The notes below the pieces were generated by a model, which searched no databases, had not been told where the DNA came from, and saw nothing but the letters and a program-made list of their open reading frames with translations. A stretch of DNA of 64,000 bases from a virus (Duplodnaviria > Caudoviricetes), in IMG/VR virus record IMGVR_UViG_3300033073_001332, positions 64,001 to 128,000 of that record; one strand, given 5' to 3'. Of this stretch, positions 29,055-39,083 are shown piece after piece (position 1 is the stretch's first letter; every line of letters begins with the position of its first letter). A program made the position numbers and the translations under genes.

Positions 29055-30024
29055 TATTCAATAATTTTTTTATATCGTATATCCAGTTATTTAGATTTGT
29101 TATTTCATAGTCTTCTACAATATTATTTTCATATAATTTTTCATATACTTTTAATAAATCGTCTTCTATTGATTTATTTTCTAACTTAATTTTTTCTAGT
29201 ATATCTATAAGTTTTGGAACATTTTTATACATTGATATTTCATCAATAAAGTCCACATAAAAATCATGGTAGTTTCTAACTTGATACGTATTTGGTCCAT
29301 GAAACCCAACATGGTAGTTATAATCCCACATAATTCTTTGTGTTACATATCCTTTTAATATATCAGAAAATCTAAAATCAACTGATATTGGGACATACAA
29401 TAAAATAAAAAATAGATTATTCCACAAGGTACTTTGTGTGTTAAAAGGGGCGTAACAATTTTTTTCTAACGATATATCTTCAGATTGATTAAATTTAATA
29501 TGTTTATTAATTGTTAATCTATATATTGCGTCAAAATCGGAGTCATCATTAATAACCCCTTGCCATACACCTATGTTTGTATTTTTTTTATCTTTGGTGT
29601 ATTTGGGTTCATTGTTAATATGTCGTATGTCCATCCCTCTCGGCCAACACTTTTCATCGGTAAAAAAAGTATAAGGATTAACTATTTTTGGTGATGTTAT
29701 TATATTTTCACAATTAAAATTCTTAATACCCCAATTGTCGTAAGGTATTGTATCATCGTCGGTGTCATAAATTAATGATGCACCTTTATTAATTGCGTAT
29801 AAATACCCTATGTTTTTTCTGGAGTAATGGTTATAGGGTGTCGTGTCTGTAATTTTATAACCTAAACTTTTTTGTTGTTCAACATCTAAAAAAGTAACAT
29901 TTGTATGGTTGTATTTTTTACTCTTTAAATCACCAACAACAATGACGTGCCAATCTTTTTTTTCTGAAAATTTAATTACAGATTCTGTTAAATCATTAAT
30001 TGATGTTATTACTACATAATTCAT
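29041..30024 (-). CDS. STELLO/DUF288-like glycosyltransferase
   Basis: VVITSIN, VVGDLKS, PYNHYSRKNIGYLYAI..GA..IYDTDDD, WPRG, PFNTQSTLW, FRFSDI. Confidence 0.8.
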   Translation of the reverse strand: MNYVVITSINDLTESVIKFSEKKDWHVIVVGDLKSKKYNHTNVTFLDVEQQKSLGYKITDTTPYNHYSRKNIGYLYAINKGASLIYDTDDDTIPYDNWGIKNFNCENIITSPKIVNPYTFFTDEKCWPRGMDIRHINNEPKYTKDKKNTNIGVWQGVINDDSDFDAIYRLTINKHIKFNQSEDISLEKNCYAPFNTQSTLWNNLFFILLYVPISVDFRFSDILKGYVTQRIMWDYNYHVGFHGPNTYQVRNYHDFYVDFIDEISMYKNVPKLIDILEKIKLENKSIEDDLLKVYEKLYENNIVEDYEITNLNNWIYDIKKLLNNDTI

Positions 30025-30859
30025 TGTATATCTCGTCCGTATTAGGTATGTGATTTATGAAATTAAATTTTACTCGTGAAAAATTAATACAATTATTATA
30101 AAAAGAAGGGTCTCCACCATGTTGTTTCATAAGACCCGTGTTATCGATAATTGTCATGTTTATGTTTTCATGACCAAATATCAAACATGGGTAAACCCCA
30201 CCGGTCATTGTGCTCATAACTTTTTTACAATTTTCATTCTTAACAATAGTACACCAATCCCTATAATTTTTAATAAAAGTTATATTATGGTTGTCACACC
30301 ATTTTTCAGTTTCTTTACCAAAAACAAATGTTTTAACATTGTTCGTTTTTAATTTTTCAATAAGGTTATCCCAAAACTCATCGCTCATATTTTTTTCAGA
30401 CCAAGCTGCTCTTTTTCTTATTACAAGACATATAAAAGGAGAACTTAAATCATATTCCTCTAAATCACTCCAATCTACGTTGGTAATAATGTGTTTGTCT
30501 CTCTCCCAATTTTGATAAAATGTTGAGTATGGGATTAATCTTTGGTCCAAAGGGCCTGAAGACATTTGTAAAAAAATACCTCTTTCTAATAAATCTATAG
30601 TTTCGTTATTTGAGAGTTCCATCGATTGATATTCTTGGTAACTTATCACGTTGTCAAATATTTTAGTATAAAGACACTTTCGTTCTTCTATGGTTACAAC
30701 ACAATCTGTCTTATCTATTTTACCCTCTTGTAAAAGCATAATTAAATATAGTCTAGTAATAACTAATTCTGTTGCAATCTCTGTGATACTCAACGGGTCT
30801 TTACCATCACTCACGGAATCTCCTTTGTATTTATCTTTTGCAACTATTATGTATTTCAT
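29996..30859 (-). CDS. Hypothetical protein, possible GT-B glycosyltransferase
   Basis: ICLVIRKR..KN pattern, STMTGG; context in glycan cluster. Confidence 0.45.
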   Translation of the reverse strand: MKYIIVAKDKYKGDSVSDGKDPLSITEIATELVITRLYLIMLLQEGKIDKTDCVVTIEERKCLYTKIFDNVISYQEYQSMELSNNETIDLLERGIFLQMSSGPLDQRLIPYSTFYQNWERDKHIITNVDWSDLEEYDLSSPFICLVIRKRAAWSEKNMSDEFWDNLIEKLKTNNVKTFVFGKETEKWCDNHNITFIKNYRDWCTIVKNENCKKVMSTMTGGVYPCLIFGHENINMTIIDNTGLMKQHGGDPSFYNNCINFSRVKFNFINHIPNTDEIYNELCSNNIN

Positions 30860-32436
30860 TTTTTTCTAAAAATTTTATTTTTAATGACTAAAAAGTCTAA
30901 CTCAGTGTTATCCAAAACATAAAATGCGTCCTCATATCTTGTTAGGATTGGTAACCCTTTAATGTTAAATGAAGTATTCAATATGATTGGGATATGGTTT
31001 AATTCCTCAAGTTTATCTAAAATATCATTAAATAACTTATGAGTTTTATTAGTTGTTGTTTGTAATCTTGTTGTTTTGTCCTCATGCACTATTGATTTTA
31101 CTTTATCGATATATTCGTCTTTAATCATCGGCGCGTAACTCATGTAATTAGATACTTTAGGGTTTTCAAAATACTTTTCCATATCTTGAACTCGACAAAC
31201 AGGTGCGAACGGTCTAAACCATTCCCTAAATTTTACTTTAGCGTTTAATATGTCTTTCATATTAGGAAACGATGGGTCACAAATAATACTTCTATTACCT
31301 AACGCTCTTGGGCCAACTTCAGAATAACCATCAATCAACCCCATTATTTTACCATCTTTTAAATAACCTACAATTTTTTCAATAGTTAAATCCTCGTTAG
31401 GGTAATCATTTAAAAATTTATCATATAACTCTTCATCTAATATTTCAATACCGCTATAACAAATTTCTTGTTTACCTAAATTTGGAAACTTAGTTAAAAA
31501 CATACCATATGATTCTCCACAATCATTTGGGTTTGACGGAACATGTAAATCTAAATTAATGGTTTTTAGATATTCTTGTAATTTTTGATTGTAGAGTACG
31601 TTTAGAGCACAACCACCAACCAATACAACATTAGTTTTATGTTCCTCAACAAAAGGTAATATTAATTCATCCATTTTTTTTTCAAAAACATATTGTGATG
31701 TTGCTGCGGCGTCATACGAGTCTTGACCACTAAGTATATCTTTATCACACGGGATACCAATTGATGAACATAATGACTCTAAACTTTTGTCGTTATAATA
31801 TTGTTCAAAATATTGAACCCATTCCTGTCTAACTTTACCGTACGCACATAAGCCCATAACTTTACCCGCATTGGTTAAAGAGTGTTTTGTTTTGTGTACA
31901 GAACTAATTTCTGAAATTAGCCAACCTATTGCGGAATAAGGATTACCAAAGTCATAATTATGACAATTTAATTGCATAATATCATCACCGTTACCTAAAT
32001 ACGCTCTTGTGGTATAAACTTCACTAAAATCATAACCACCTCCGTCTACTGAAAAAATTAAGGATTGATTAAAATTCGATGTATAGTAACCTGAAGCTGC
32101 GTGAGAAAAATGGTGCTTCATTAATTCAAACTCGGCGTTTGGGAAAAAACTTTTTATTAGATTTTTATCTTGGTTATTTAACTCTAAATATAAAACTAAT
32201 TTTATATCGGTGTTTTGAAGATTGTTTTTTACATGTGTTAAAAAGTCTATTCGTTCGTTTTGATTGGACCCCATTAAATCCCATTTATCAAATCGGGACG
32301 AAAACATCGCATATCTTTTTTTGACAAATCTTTCGTATTCATAAACTCGTAAGGTATTGTTTTTATCGATAAAAGTTAATGATGCATCGTGTGAACCATA
32401 AATTGATATCACTTCATTTGGAATGTAGTCTTGCAT
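30856..32436 (-). CDS. O-carbamoyltransferase (NodU/CmcH/TobZ family)
   Basis: HDAS, ERF, HHFSHAAS, DGGG, GKVMGL, GGCALN, GPRALGNRS, KFREWFRPFAP, LNTSFN. Confidence 0.93.
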   Translation of the reverse strand: MQDYIPNEVISIYGSHDASLTFIDKNNTLRVYEYERFVKKRYAMFSSRFDKWDLMGSNQNERIDFLTHVKNNLQNTDIKLVLYLELNNQDKNLIKSFFPNAEFELMKHHFSHAASGYYTSNFNQSLIFSVDGGGYDFSEVYTTRAYLGNGDDIMQLNCHNYDFGNPYSAIGWLISEISSVHKTKHSLTNAGKVMGLCAYGKVRQEWVQYFEQYYNDKSLESLCSSIGIPCDKDILSGQDSYDAAATSQYVFEKKMDELILPFVEEHKTNVVLVGGCALNVLYNQKLQEYLKTINLDLHVPSNPNDCGESYGMFLTKFPNLGKQEICYSGIEILDEELYDKFLNDYPNEDLTIEKIVGYLKDGKIMGLIDGYSEVGPRALGNRSIICDPSFPNMKDILNAKVKFREWFRPFAPVCRVQDMEKYFENPKVSNYMSYAPMIKDEYIDKVKSIVHEDKTTRLQTTTNKTHKLFNDILDKLEELNHIPIILNTSFNIKGLPILTRYEDAFYVLDNTELDFLVIKNKIFRKK

Positions 32437-32492
32437 TTAATATTATTTTTAATAAAAATAGATTAATAGAATTAAAAATGAAGATTAAGGTG

Positions 32493-33263
32493 TTATAATA
32501 TAACCCAATTTTCACAATACACGTCCTTTGTATCCATACCTTGTTTAGCAGGACCAAACCAATTTTTAGGTGATACTACAATTTTGTTTTCATTCGTATT
32601 TAACCAAGAACCCCACCAAGAAAAAGATGAGTTTGCAATTATATTGTTTTCACACAAAGACATTAAATATAAATCTTCATAATCTTCATTATTTTCACAA
32701 TAAACAACTTTATCTAAAAAGTTAAAATTTTCTTTACACCACCCAATGTCGTCAGAAAATATAAAAAATGTTTTATCGTCACCAATTATACCAATGGATT
32801 TTTTATAGTAATCGATATCTTGGACAGGGTGGTGTTCTGACAAATTAAGATAGTCACCTCTTCTGATATGTATTGAACAACTATTATTTAATTTATCGCT
32901 ATATTTTTTTTTAAGTTCATTAATCACTTCATCACATAAAAACAATTCTAAAATTTTTTCTCTGTTGTGATTAAAATATTTTTCAGATTGAAAATACCCA
33001 TGAATGTATGTTGGTAACATAAAATCAGGTATTGGAGAAAAGTGAAAATGAGGTTCGTAATAAACTTGTGTAGTGTTAAAGTTTGAGTCAAATGTGATAT
33101 TCTTTAAAATATTATTTGTGTAATTCGTTATTGGTTTGTGAACCACTTGAATGTTATTTGGGTTAATTACGAATTTTTCACCCAAATCAATAGATTTAGA
33201 ATACCCAGCAGCAATTTGAAATAAGTAATTACCAAGACCCCCCATCAAAAAAGAAGAGACCAT
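32493..33263 (-). CDS. GT11 alpha-1,2-fucosyl/colitosyltransferase
   Basis: GGLGNYLFQ, GYFQSEKYF, HIRRGDY, FSDD, ANSSFSWW. Confidence 0.92.
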   Translation of the reverse strand: MVSSFLMGGLGNYLFQIAAGYSKSIDLGEKFVINPNNIQVVHKPITNYTNNILKNITFDSNFNTTQVYYEPHFHFSPIPDFMLPTYIHGYFQSEKYFNHNREKILELFLCDEVINELKKKYSDKLNNSCSIHIRRGDYLNLSEHHPVQDIDYYKKSIGIIGDDKTFFIFSDDIGWCKENFNFLDKVVYCENNEDYEDLYLMSLCENNIIANSSFSWWGSWLNTNENKIVVSPKNWFGPAKQGMDTKDVYCENWVIL

Positions 33264-33265
33264 AC

Positions 33266-34078
33266 CTATAACGTTTTTATAAAATTATAGACATGTTCGT
33301 CTGGTAACAAAAAGTTCTTACACTTTTCAAAATTCTCTTTAATTGACTCTAATTTGGACTCATATAATGATTCATTACAACTATCTAAAATAGATTCTAA
33401 CTCCTCCATATTGTTAAAAATTAACATACCGTCTACATTAAAGAAATCACCGATAGAAGGACAACCCCAATAGATTGGAATTGTACCTGTGGCAAAACAA
33501 TCGATAAGTTTTTCAGTAAACCAATAATCCCTTTTACAATTTTCAATAACAACGGAAAATTTATAATCTTTTAACCCTTCTATTTTAAATTCAACAGGAG
33601 TATAACCTCTACCGAATACATCCATTTTACTTCCAAACTTTTGAATTACTTCATGTCTTAATTTGTGTCCATCAGTAAATGTTTTATTGGATGATATTAT
33701 TGAAATGTTTTTGTTTTTGTTGTAGATTTTTTGTTCTTCTTTAGGAATCCAACAACAACCAAATGGTATAAATTGTGTTGGGTAAAAAATATCTAATAAG
33801 GTCTTTTCGTGTGTTAAAATATAATCAAACTTCATTAAATTGTTTTTCACATATTCATAGTGTTGAGGTGCAACACACATAGGTTCAATTAACCAAGCAA
33901 TTTTATTTTTACTTGGTGGTATATTTGATGATAAAAAATTGTCGGTGATGACGACATTGTCTTCTTTATTTAATGGACCTCTATCCCAACTAAAATTTTC
34001 AGATACTTGAAAATCTGAACAATATCCTAATATCGAGTGTGAAAATGTATTATCTATTATTTTTATACGTTCTTTCAT
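33266..34078 (-). CDS. GT10-like fucosyltransferase
   Basis: YKFSVVIEN, FTEKLIDCF..GTIPIYWG. Confidence 0.8.
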   Translation of the reverse strand: MKERIKIIDNTFSHSILGYCSDFQVSENFSWDRGPLNKEDNVVITDNFLSSNIPPSKNKIAWLIEPMCVAPQHYEYVKNNLMKFDYILTHEKTLLDIFYPTQFIPFGCCWIPKEEQKIYNKNKNISIISSNKTFTDGHKLRHEVIQKFGSKMDVFGRGYTPVEFKIEGLKDYKFSVVIENCKRDYWFTEKLIDCFATGTIPIYWGCPSIGDFFNVDGMLIFNNMEELESILDSCNESLYESKLESIKENFEKCKNFLLPDEHVYNFIKTL

Positions 34079-34800
34079 CTAACCAATTTTTCGTATGGTT
34101 TATATCCTCTTATGATTTGATTCATTTTTTGAACCTCAGGAAAATTAACTTTGTGTTCGTTTAACGGGTTACTTTCATTATATATGTAGTTTACGTCGTA
34201 CATAAATTTATAGTGTTCTGGTCCACACATTTCAACCATAGGAAACATAAATGCTAAATCACATGCAATTTTCCAATAGTTATTGTTTGAGTCTTTTAAA
34301 TCCTCTTGTTTTATACTTCTCCATAAAAATGATTTCCAAGTTCTTAAGTGTGATAATGTAAATGGTTTTTGTCTTATATCCTCAAACGTGGTATGTGGTT
34401 GTGAAAAACCTGGTCTACCATCATGGTACTTAAAGCTTCCATTTGCTAACCAAACATCACCTGAATTATATGTGTCAACGACTCTTTGAAAAACTTTTGA
34501 ATCGGGTAACCAATCATCCCCATCAACTTCAATACAGATATCTTCATCAGAAATATCATAATCGCCACGAATAACTTGGTCATAATTTCCTGCTTGGTAC
34601 ATTTTTGTTTTATTTTCGATTAACACAAAACGATTATCGTTTTTGATAAATTCTTTAATTTTTTCTACCGTATTGTCTGTTGAAATGTCATCAGTTATAA
34701 AACATCTGAAATCTTTGTATGTCTGTGACATTATTGTCGATAATGAACGCTCAATAAATTTTTCACAATTGTAAGATGTGGTTAAAACAATTACTCCCAT
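34075..34800 (-). CDS. Glycosyltransferase family 2
   Basis: YNCEKFI, DDISTD, VDGDDW. Confidence 0.88.
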   Translation of the reverse strand: MGVIVLTTSYNCEKFIERSLSTIMSQTYKDFRCFITDDISTDNTVEKIKEFIKNDNRFVLIENKTKMYQAGNYDQVIRGDYDISDEDICIEVDGDDWLPDSKVFQRVVDTYNSGDVWLANGSFKYHDGRPGFSQPHTTFEDIRQKPFTLSHLRTWKSFLWRSIKQEDLKDSNNNYWKIACDLAFMFPMVEMCGPEHYKFMYDVNYIYNESNPLNEHKVNFPEVQKMNQIIRGYKPYEKLVR

Positions 34801-34803
34801 TTT

Positions 34804-36441
34804 TTAATTTAAAATTTTAATATATTCCTCTTTTATTTTTTTTGCTACCTCATCAGAGTTAAACTTATTTACATCAGAAGGAACTTCGTGTTTATTTTTA
34901 TCTATTATATTACCATAGTTATCGACATTGTAAATCCATCCTGGTTTACCACATAACCACCCTTCTATTGTTGTTCTACCTAAAAGAATTCCTGCGGTCT
35001 CACTACAATTCTTTACATATTCCTCAACTTTATTGGTTGCTCCAAAATGTTTAACATGTGGATTGTCTAATAACTCAGGCAAGTAATTTGATTTGTTTTC
35101 ACCAACTAACCAAAGTTCTTTACCTATTGATTTTGAGTACTCAACTAAATCTCTAATAGTTTTTTCTCGTAAGTAATCAATTGTCCCAACAAATAACACA
35201 TACGGATATATCTTCGTATTTTGAGTATTAAATCTTTTAGTGTCTATTGGATTATAAATAACTTCAGTGTCGGACGAATTAATATTGAAGTTATCAATTA
35301 TATGTTTTTGTATTTCTGGTCTAATACAAATATATTTTTTTATTGATTCATGAATGAACGGATTTTCTAATTCAATTACCTCAGAGTGTATCGTTGATAT
35401 CTTTGGGGTGTTTGGATACATCTCGGTTATTTGCTTTGAAATTGGGTTGTGTTGGACATGCATTATGTCAAAGTTAACGTCTGACATTTTATACATCATA
35501 TTTGGTTGACTTGTAACTACACCTTGAGGGGTGTTGAATCCCCATTTACCATCGCCCATTTTATAACCTGGTGGATTAGAGAAGGGTAATACTTTAATTC
35601 CTTGTTGAGTTGCTAACTTTGACAACGGACCTTCAATATCTGAAAGTACGGTAACATCACAATTTAATTTTTTCAAACCTTTAGCTAACTCATAAACATA
35701 CATTTCTGAACCAGTAAATGTTTTAAAAAATAAACAAGACAATAATACTTTGATTGGTGAATCTAATGTTAGGTTTCTTTTTATTTTAATAGGTAAAATG
35801 TCCTTATGTTTTTCTGCGAATACAATTCTATTTTTTTCCCATTCTTCATTTGTTGCTCCGATTGATTTATGTGTTACTCTTACATCATAAATCACCCCAA
35901 CTTTTACATCCTCAATAAAGTTTCTAAATGAAAAATCAACATCATAAAAGTGAAACCCTTTTATTTCTTCATTGAATGTTTGCCTAATGTTATTTTTATT
36001 AATAACAATAAAAAGACCATCAACTAAAACAACATCATCTATTTGATTTCCCAAACTCGATGAGTATTTTGATTCCCATTTTTTACCATCATGTTCGTGA
36101 TTAACAATACCTTTCATTTTTGAAAAATCTTCCCACCACTTTGCAGAAGAAGGTAGTTGTGTTGAACCTGCTAAACCTAAAATTCCATAATTTGGGTTAC
36201 GTTTAAAATGTTTTAAAATTTTACTACCCCAATTTTTACTATCAAAGTAGATGTCATCATGACATAAAACAACAATATCATTTGTTGCTTGTTCTAAAAT
36301 CATGTTGTACGCTTCAGGTAATGAATATTTACCATCATTTTCTATTCCAATAATTTGGGGGTTTGATACCCCACAAGTCTTTTTTAATAGTTCTTTAAAA
36401 CTATCATCAACCTTTCTCGATGAAAATCCTATTGTTATCAT
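34804..36441 (-). CDS. Two-domain glycosyltransferase (GT-A N-terminal, GT-B C-terminal)
   Basis: AYN, HDD, FHFYDVD in first half; TGSEMYVYELA, HSE, NPID, GRTTIEG in second half. Confidence 0.8.
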   Translation of the reverse strand: MITIGFSSRKVDDSFKELLKKTCGVSNPQIIGIENDGKYSLPEAYNMILEQATNDIVVLCHDDIYFDSKNWGSKILKHFKRNPNYGILGLAGSTQLPSSAKWWEDFSKMKGIVNHEHDGKKWESKYSSSLGNQIDDVVLVDGLFIVINKNNIRQTFNEEIKGFHFYDVDFSFRNFIEDVKVGVIYDVRVTHKSIGATNEEWEKNRIVFAEKHKDILPIKIKRNLTLDSPIKVLLSCLFFKTFTGSEMYVYELAKGLKKLNCDVTVLSDIEGPLSKLATQQGIKVLPFSNPPGYKMGDGKWGFNTPQGVVTSQPNMMYKMSDVNFDIMHVQHNPISKQITEMYPNTPKISTIHSEVIELENPFIHESIKKYICIRPEIQKHIIDNFNINSSDTEVIYNPIDTKRFNTQNTKIYPYVLFVGTIDYLREKTIRDLVEYSKSIGKELWLVGENKSNYLPELLDNPHVKHFGATNKVEEYVKNCSETAGILLGRTTIEGWLCGKPGWIYNVDNYGNIIDKNKHEVPSDVNKFNSDEVAKKIKEEYIKILN

Positions 36442-37055
36442 AGACCGGTACTTCCGAAACCTTTATCGTTTCTATCTTTTTCTTTTATTTCTTTAACTTG
36501 TACTAAGTTTACTAATTTACCATTCACAACAGGACATAAAACCGCTTGACCGACCTTTTGACCTTTTTCTATTTTTACTTTTTGGTTTGTTGTGTTAAAG
36601 ATAATGACTTTGATTTCTCCTTGATATCCACTATCAACCGTACCTGGTGAATTTAAAACCATTAGACCCTGATTTAACGCTAAACCACTTTTTGACCTTA
36701 CTTGTATTTCATATCCCTCAGGGATATCAAATCTCAATCCTGTTGGTACTAATGCCCTATCAAATGGATGTAACCAAACATCTTCATTTGCTCTTAAATC
36801 AAAACCTGAGTCTGATTCATATGCGTATGATGGATTTTTATTTTCACTATCATTAACGTAATTTAAATTTACCTTAATAAATTCCGATGACATTTCATCA
36901 TTTAAATCCTCAAAATGTTTATTTAAATCTTCCATATTAATACCCAAAGATTTAAACATCTCTTCAGGACTATTCATATCAATATTTCCTAACTTAGATT
37001 GTAAATCTTTTAACATTTTGAATTGCTCTTTCGCTTCTCTAAATCCTTTAAACAT
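36438..37055 (-). CDS. dut: Trimeric dUTPase with N-terminal extension
   Basis: SGFDL, RSKSGLA, GTVDSGYQGE, GQ, RNDKGFGSTG. Confidence 0.95.
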   Translation of the reverse strand: MFKGFREAKEQFKMLKDLQSKLGNIDMNSPEEMFKSLGINMEDLNKHFEDLNDEMSSEFIKVNLNYVNDSENKNPSYAYESDSGFDLRANEDVWLHPFDRALVPTGLRFDIPEGYEIQVRSKSGLALNQGLMVLNSPGTVDSGYQGEIKVIIFNTTNQKVKIEKGQKVGQAVLCPVVNGKLVNLVQVKEIKEKDRNDKGFGSTGL

Positions 37056-37056
37056 A

Positions 37057-37785
37057 TTACTTTAATGATTTTAATTTTAAAATTGCGTTTATTAAAACAT
37101 CAACGTCTTTTTCACAATACTCAACAATTTCAGATAACCTGTTTTGTGTCCAATAAGCATCATGAACCATAGAACCATTTATTGGACCATCTTTTGGTGT
37201 GGGAATATCCAAACAAGTACACATTAAATCTAAAGACCCGATAGCGGTATATGCACCATATTGCCATATTTCTTTAGTGTCAATTGCTTTAACCTCCCAA
37301 GGCTTAGTATCGTAAGAAGGTAACATTTTAGATGGTCTTATTCCGTTGATAATCATACGTTTTGCCAACATAGGGATATCAAAGTTTTTTAGATTATGAC
37401 CACATAAGTAGAAATCTAATTTACTACATCTATCTAAAAGTGTTCTTACCCCCATCAATAAGTCATATTCATTATCTCCTGAAAAACTTTGTTTTTTTAC
37501 TTCACCATTTTCCATAACAAATGCAACAGAAACACAAACAATTTTTGCAAACTCAGGAACTAATGCTGTTCGTCTAGAATAAACATCATTCATTTTTTGC
37601 ATTTCTTCCTCAAGACCATTTGTTTCCACATTGTCTTCAGGAAATCTTTTTAAGAACCAATCGAAATATTTAACGAATTGTTCTGCAATTTTTGGGTTAG
37701 ATTCTTGACAAGTTGACCAATCTTTACAAAGACCAACGGTTTCAATATCTAAAAATAAAATTTTGTTAATAGGTACGTTTATCAT
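37057..37785 (-). CDS. Stand-alone DnaQ-like 3'-5' exonuclease (PolB-exo2 type)
   Basis: FLDIET, GHNLKNFDIP, YCEKDV. Confidence 0.88.
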   Translation of the reverse strand: MINVPINKILFLDIETVGLCKDWSTCQESNPKIAEQFVKYFDWFLKRFPEDNVETNGLEEEMQKMNDVYSRRTALVPEFAKIVCVSVAFVMENGEVKKQSFSGDNEYDLLMGVRTLLDRCSKLDFYLCGHNLKNFDIPMLAKRMIINGIRPSKMLPSYDTKPWEVKAIDTKEIWQYGAYTAIGSLDLMCTCLDIPTPKDGPINGSMVHDAYWTQNRLSEIVEYCEKDVDVLINAILKLKSLK

Positions 37786-38996
37786 TTTACTAAGGATTTA
37801 TATAATTCAGCTCTATCTTTTGTTACTTTATTTAAATCGTATGTGTCTTTAACGGTTTCATACAATCTTTGTCCTAAATCATATGCAAAATTAGGGTTAT
37901 CTATAAGTTTTTTCATGTACTTCGCCCAATCACTATGACTTCTTGCTTCATCAACAAGTAATGCGTTACCATCTGTAAACTCACCATTTTTAAGTGCGTG
38001 TTTTAAATCAATGGTATATGGTCCGACATTTGATGCGATAATTGCTTTTTTGTAAAAACCAGCTTCAATAACTTTAAGTTGTGATTTAACTCTGTTAAAT
38101 ACGTGATTTTTAATTGGAGCTAAAGATACATCAAACCATTTATAGTTGTTAGCATAACTTGTTACTGGTTTTGTCCAAACACGATTATAGAATGGTAATT
38201 CGTTGGATTTATATTCTTCTTCTGAGAACTTCATCAAATATTCTTTGTGTGATGGGTCGACTAATTTATAGTTGTCTGTAAAAATTTCTTCATATCGAGC
38301 CCAAACCGTTTCTTCAGGTTTAATCGGTCTTTGTTTTTGTTCCCCTGTTTGTTGGTTGATTTCTGTTACGGTTCCTCTAATATCAAACCCACACAAATAC
38401 ATACTAAATTTATCTTTCATAGGTGTCAATTTGTTCATTGTCCCATCAAGTAATTTTAAATCATGTAAATGCGATGAACCACCTAACCACCCAAATCTTA
38501 ATTTATCTGAAGGTTCAGACTTTGCATTAAACTGAGATTCTTTAGGGTTTATGGCATTAGGTAATACATAAACGTTTTTATTAAATTTTGAAATTTCTTT
38601 AGCAAAAATAGAAGTTGTTGTTGTAACGTGACCTGCAACTTTTAGATTGTTAATTATTTTTTTATGAAGTTCTGTTTGTACTACCATTTGGTGGACAGGG
38701 TGTTCCTTAGTTGGTAACCAATAGTCATCTAAATCCATAATAGTCACAATACCTAAACTATTTAGTTTTTGGATTAGGTTTACTGAATTTTCATAATCAT
38801 GACCTACGGTTCTATGGAAATGAACAATATCATATTGCTTCCAATAATTTAAATCATTCACTCTTGGCTCGTAATCTATATCAACATGGAATTCATCTGA
38901 ATGGTTATTTTGTAACATAACGTGGGGGTCAACACTCCTAAATTTCCCTACACCCGTTTTGTCTGATGGTAATACTAATACTTTTATTAAACTCAT
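37782..38996 (-). CDS. GT-B glycosyltransferase (GT4-like)
   Basis: DLDDYW, PNAI, GWLGGSSH..DL, FNRVKSQLKVIEAG, ASNVGPY. Confidence 0.85.
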   Translation of the reverse strand: MSLIKVLVLPSDKTGVGKFRSVDPHVMLQNNHSDEFHVDIDYEPRVNDLNYWKQYDIVHFHRTVGHDYENSVNLIQKLNSLGIVTIMDLDDYWLPTKEHPVHQMVVQTELHKKIINNLKVAGHVTTTTSIFAKEISKFNKNVYVLPNAINPKESQFNAKSEPSDKLRFGWLGGSSHLHDLKLLDGTMNKLTPMKDKFSMYLCGFDIRGTVTEINQQTGEQKQRPIKPEETVWARYEEIFTDNYKLVDPSHKEYLMKFSEEEYKSNELPFYNRVWTKPVTSYANNYKWFDVSLAPIKNHVFNRVKSQLKVIEAGFYKKAIIASNVGPYTIDLKHALKNGEFTDGNALLVDEARSHSDWAKYMKKLIDNPNFAYDLGQRLYETVKDTYDLNKVTKDRAELYKSLVK

Positions 38997-39034
38997 ATTT
39001 TCAATTTTTACAATAAAAGTAGTTGATTAAAAAC

Positions 39035-39063
39035 AAAAAATCCACCCCTTTTGAGGGTGGATT
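39035..39063 (-). terminator. Rho-independent terminator separating the late operon from the glycan locus
   Basis: Minus strand AATCCACCCTC-AAAA-GGGGTGGATT followed by TTTT. Confidence 0.85.
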
Positions 39064-39083
39064 AACTATTGAGTTTTATTTAT

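Noticed and set aside
15647-38996. Glycan locus as host chromosomal DNA (prophage boundary or chimeric assembly)
   Set aside because: Interleaved with phage-type phoH, dUTPase, exonuclease and sigma genes, translationally coupled to them, similar composition and GATC bias; no integrase or att site seen
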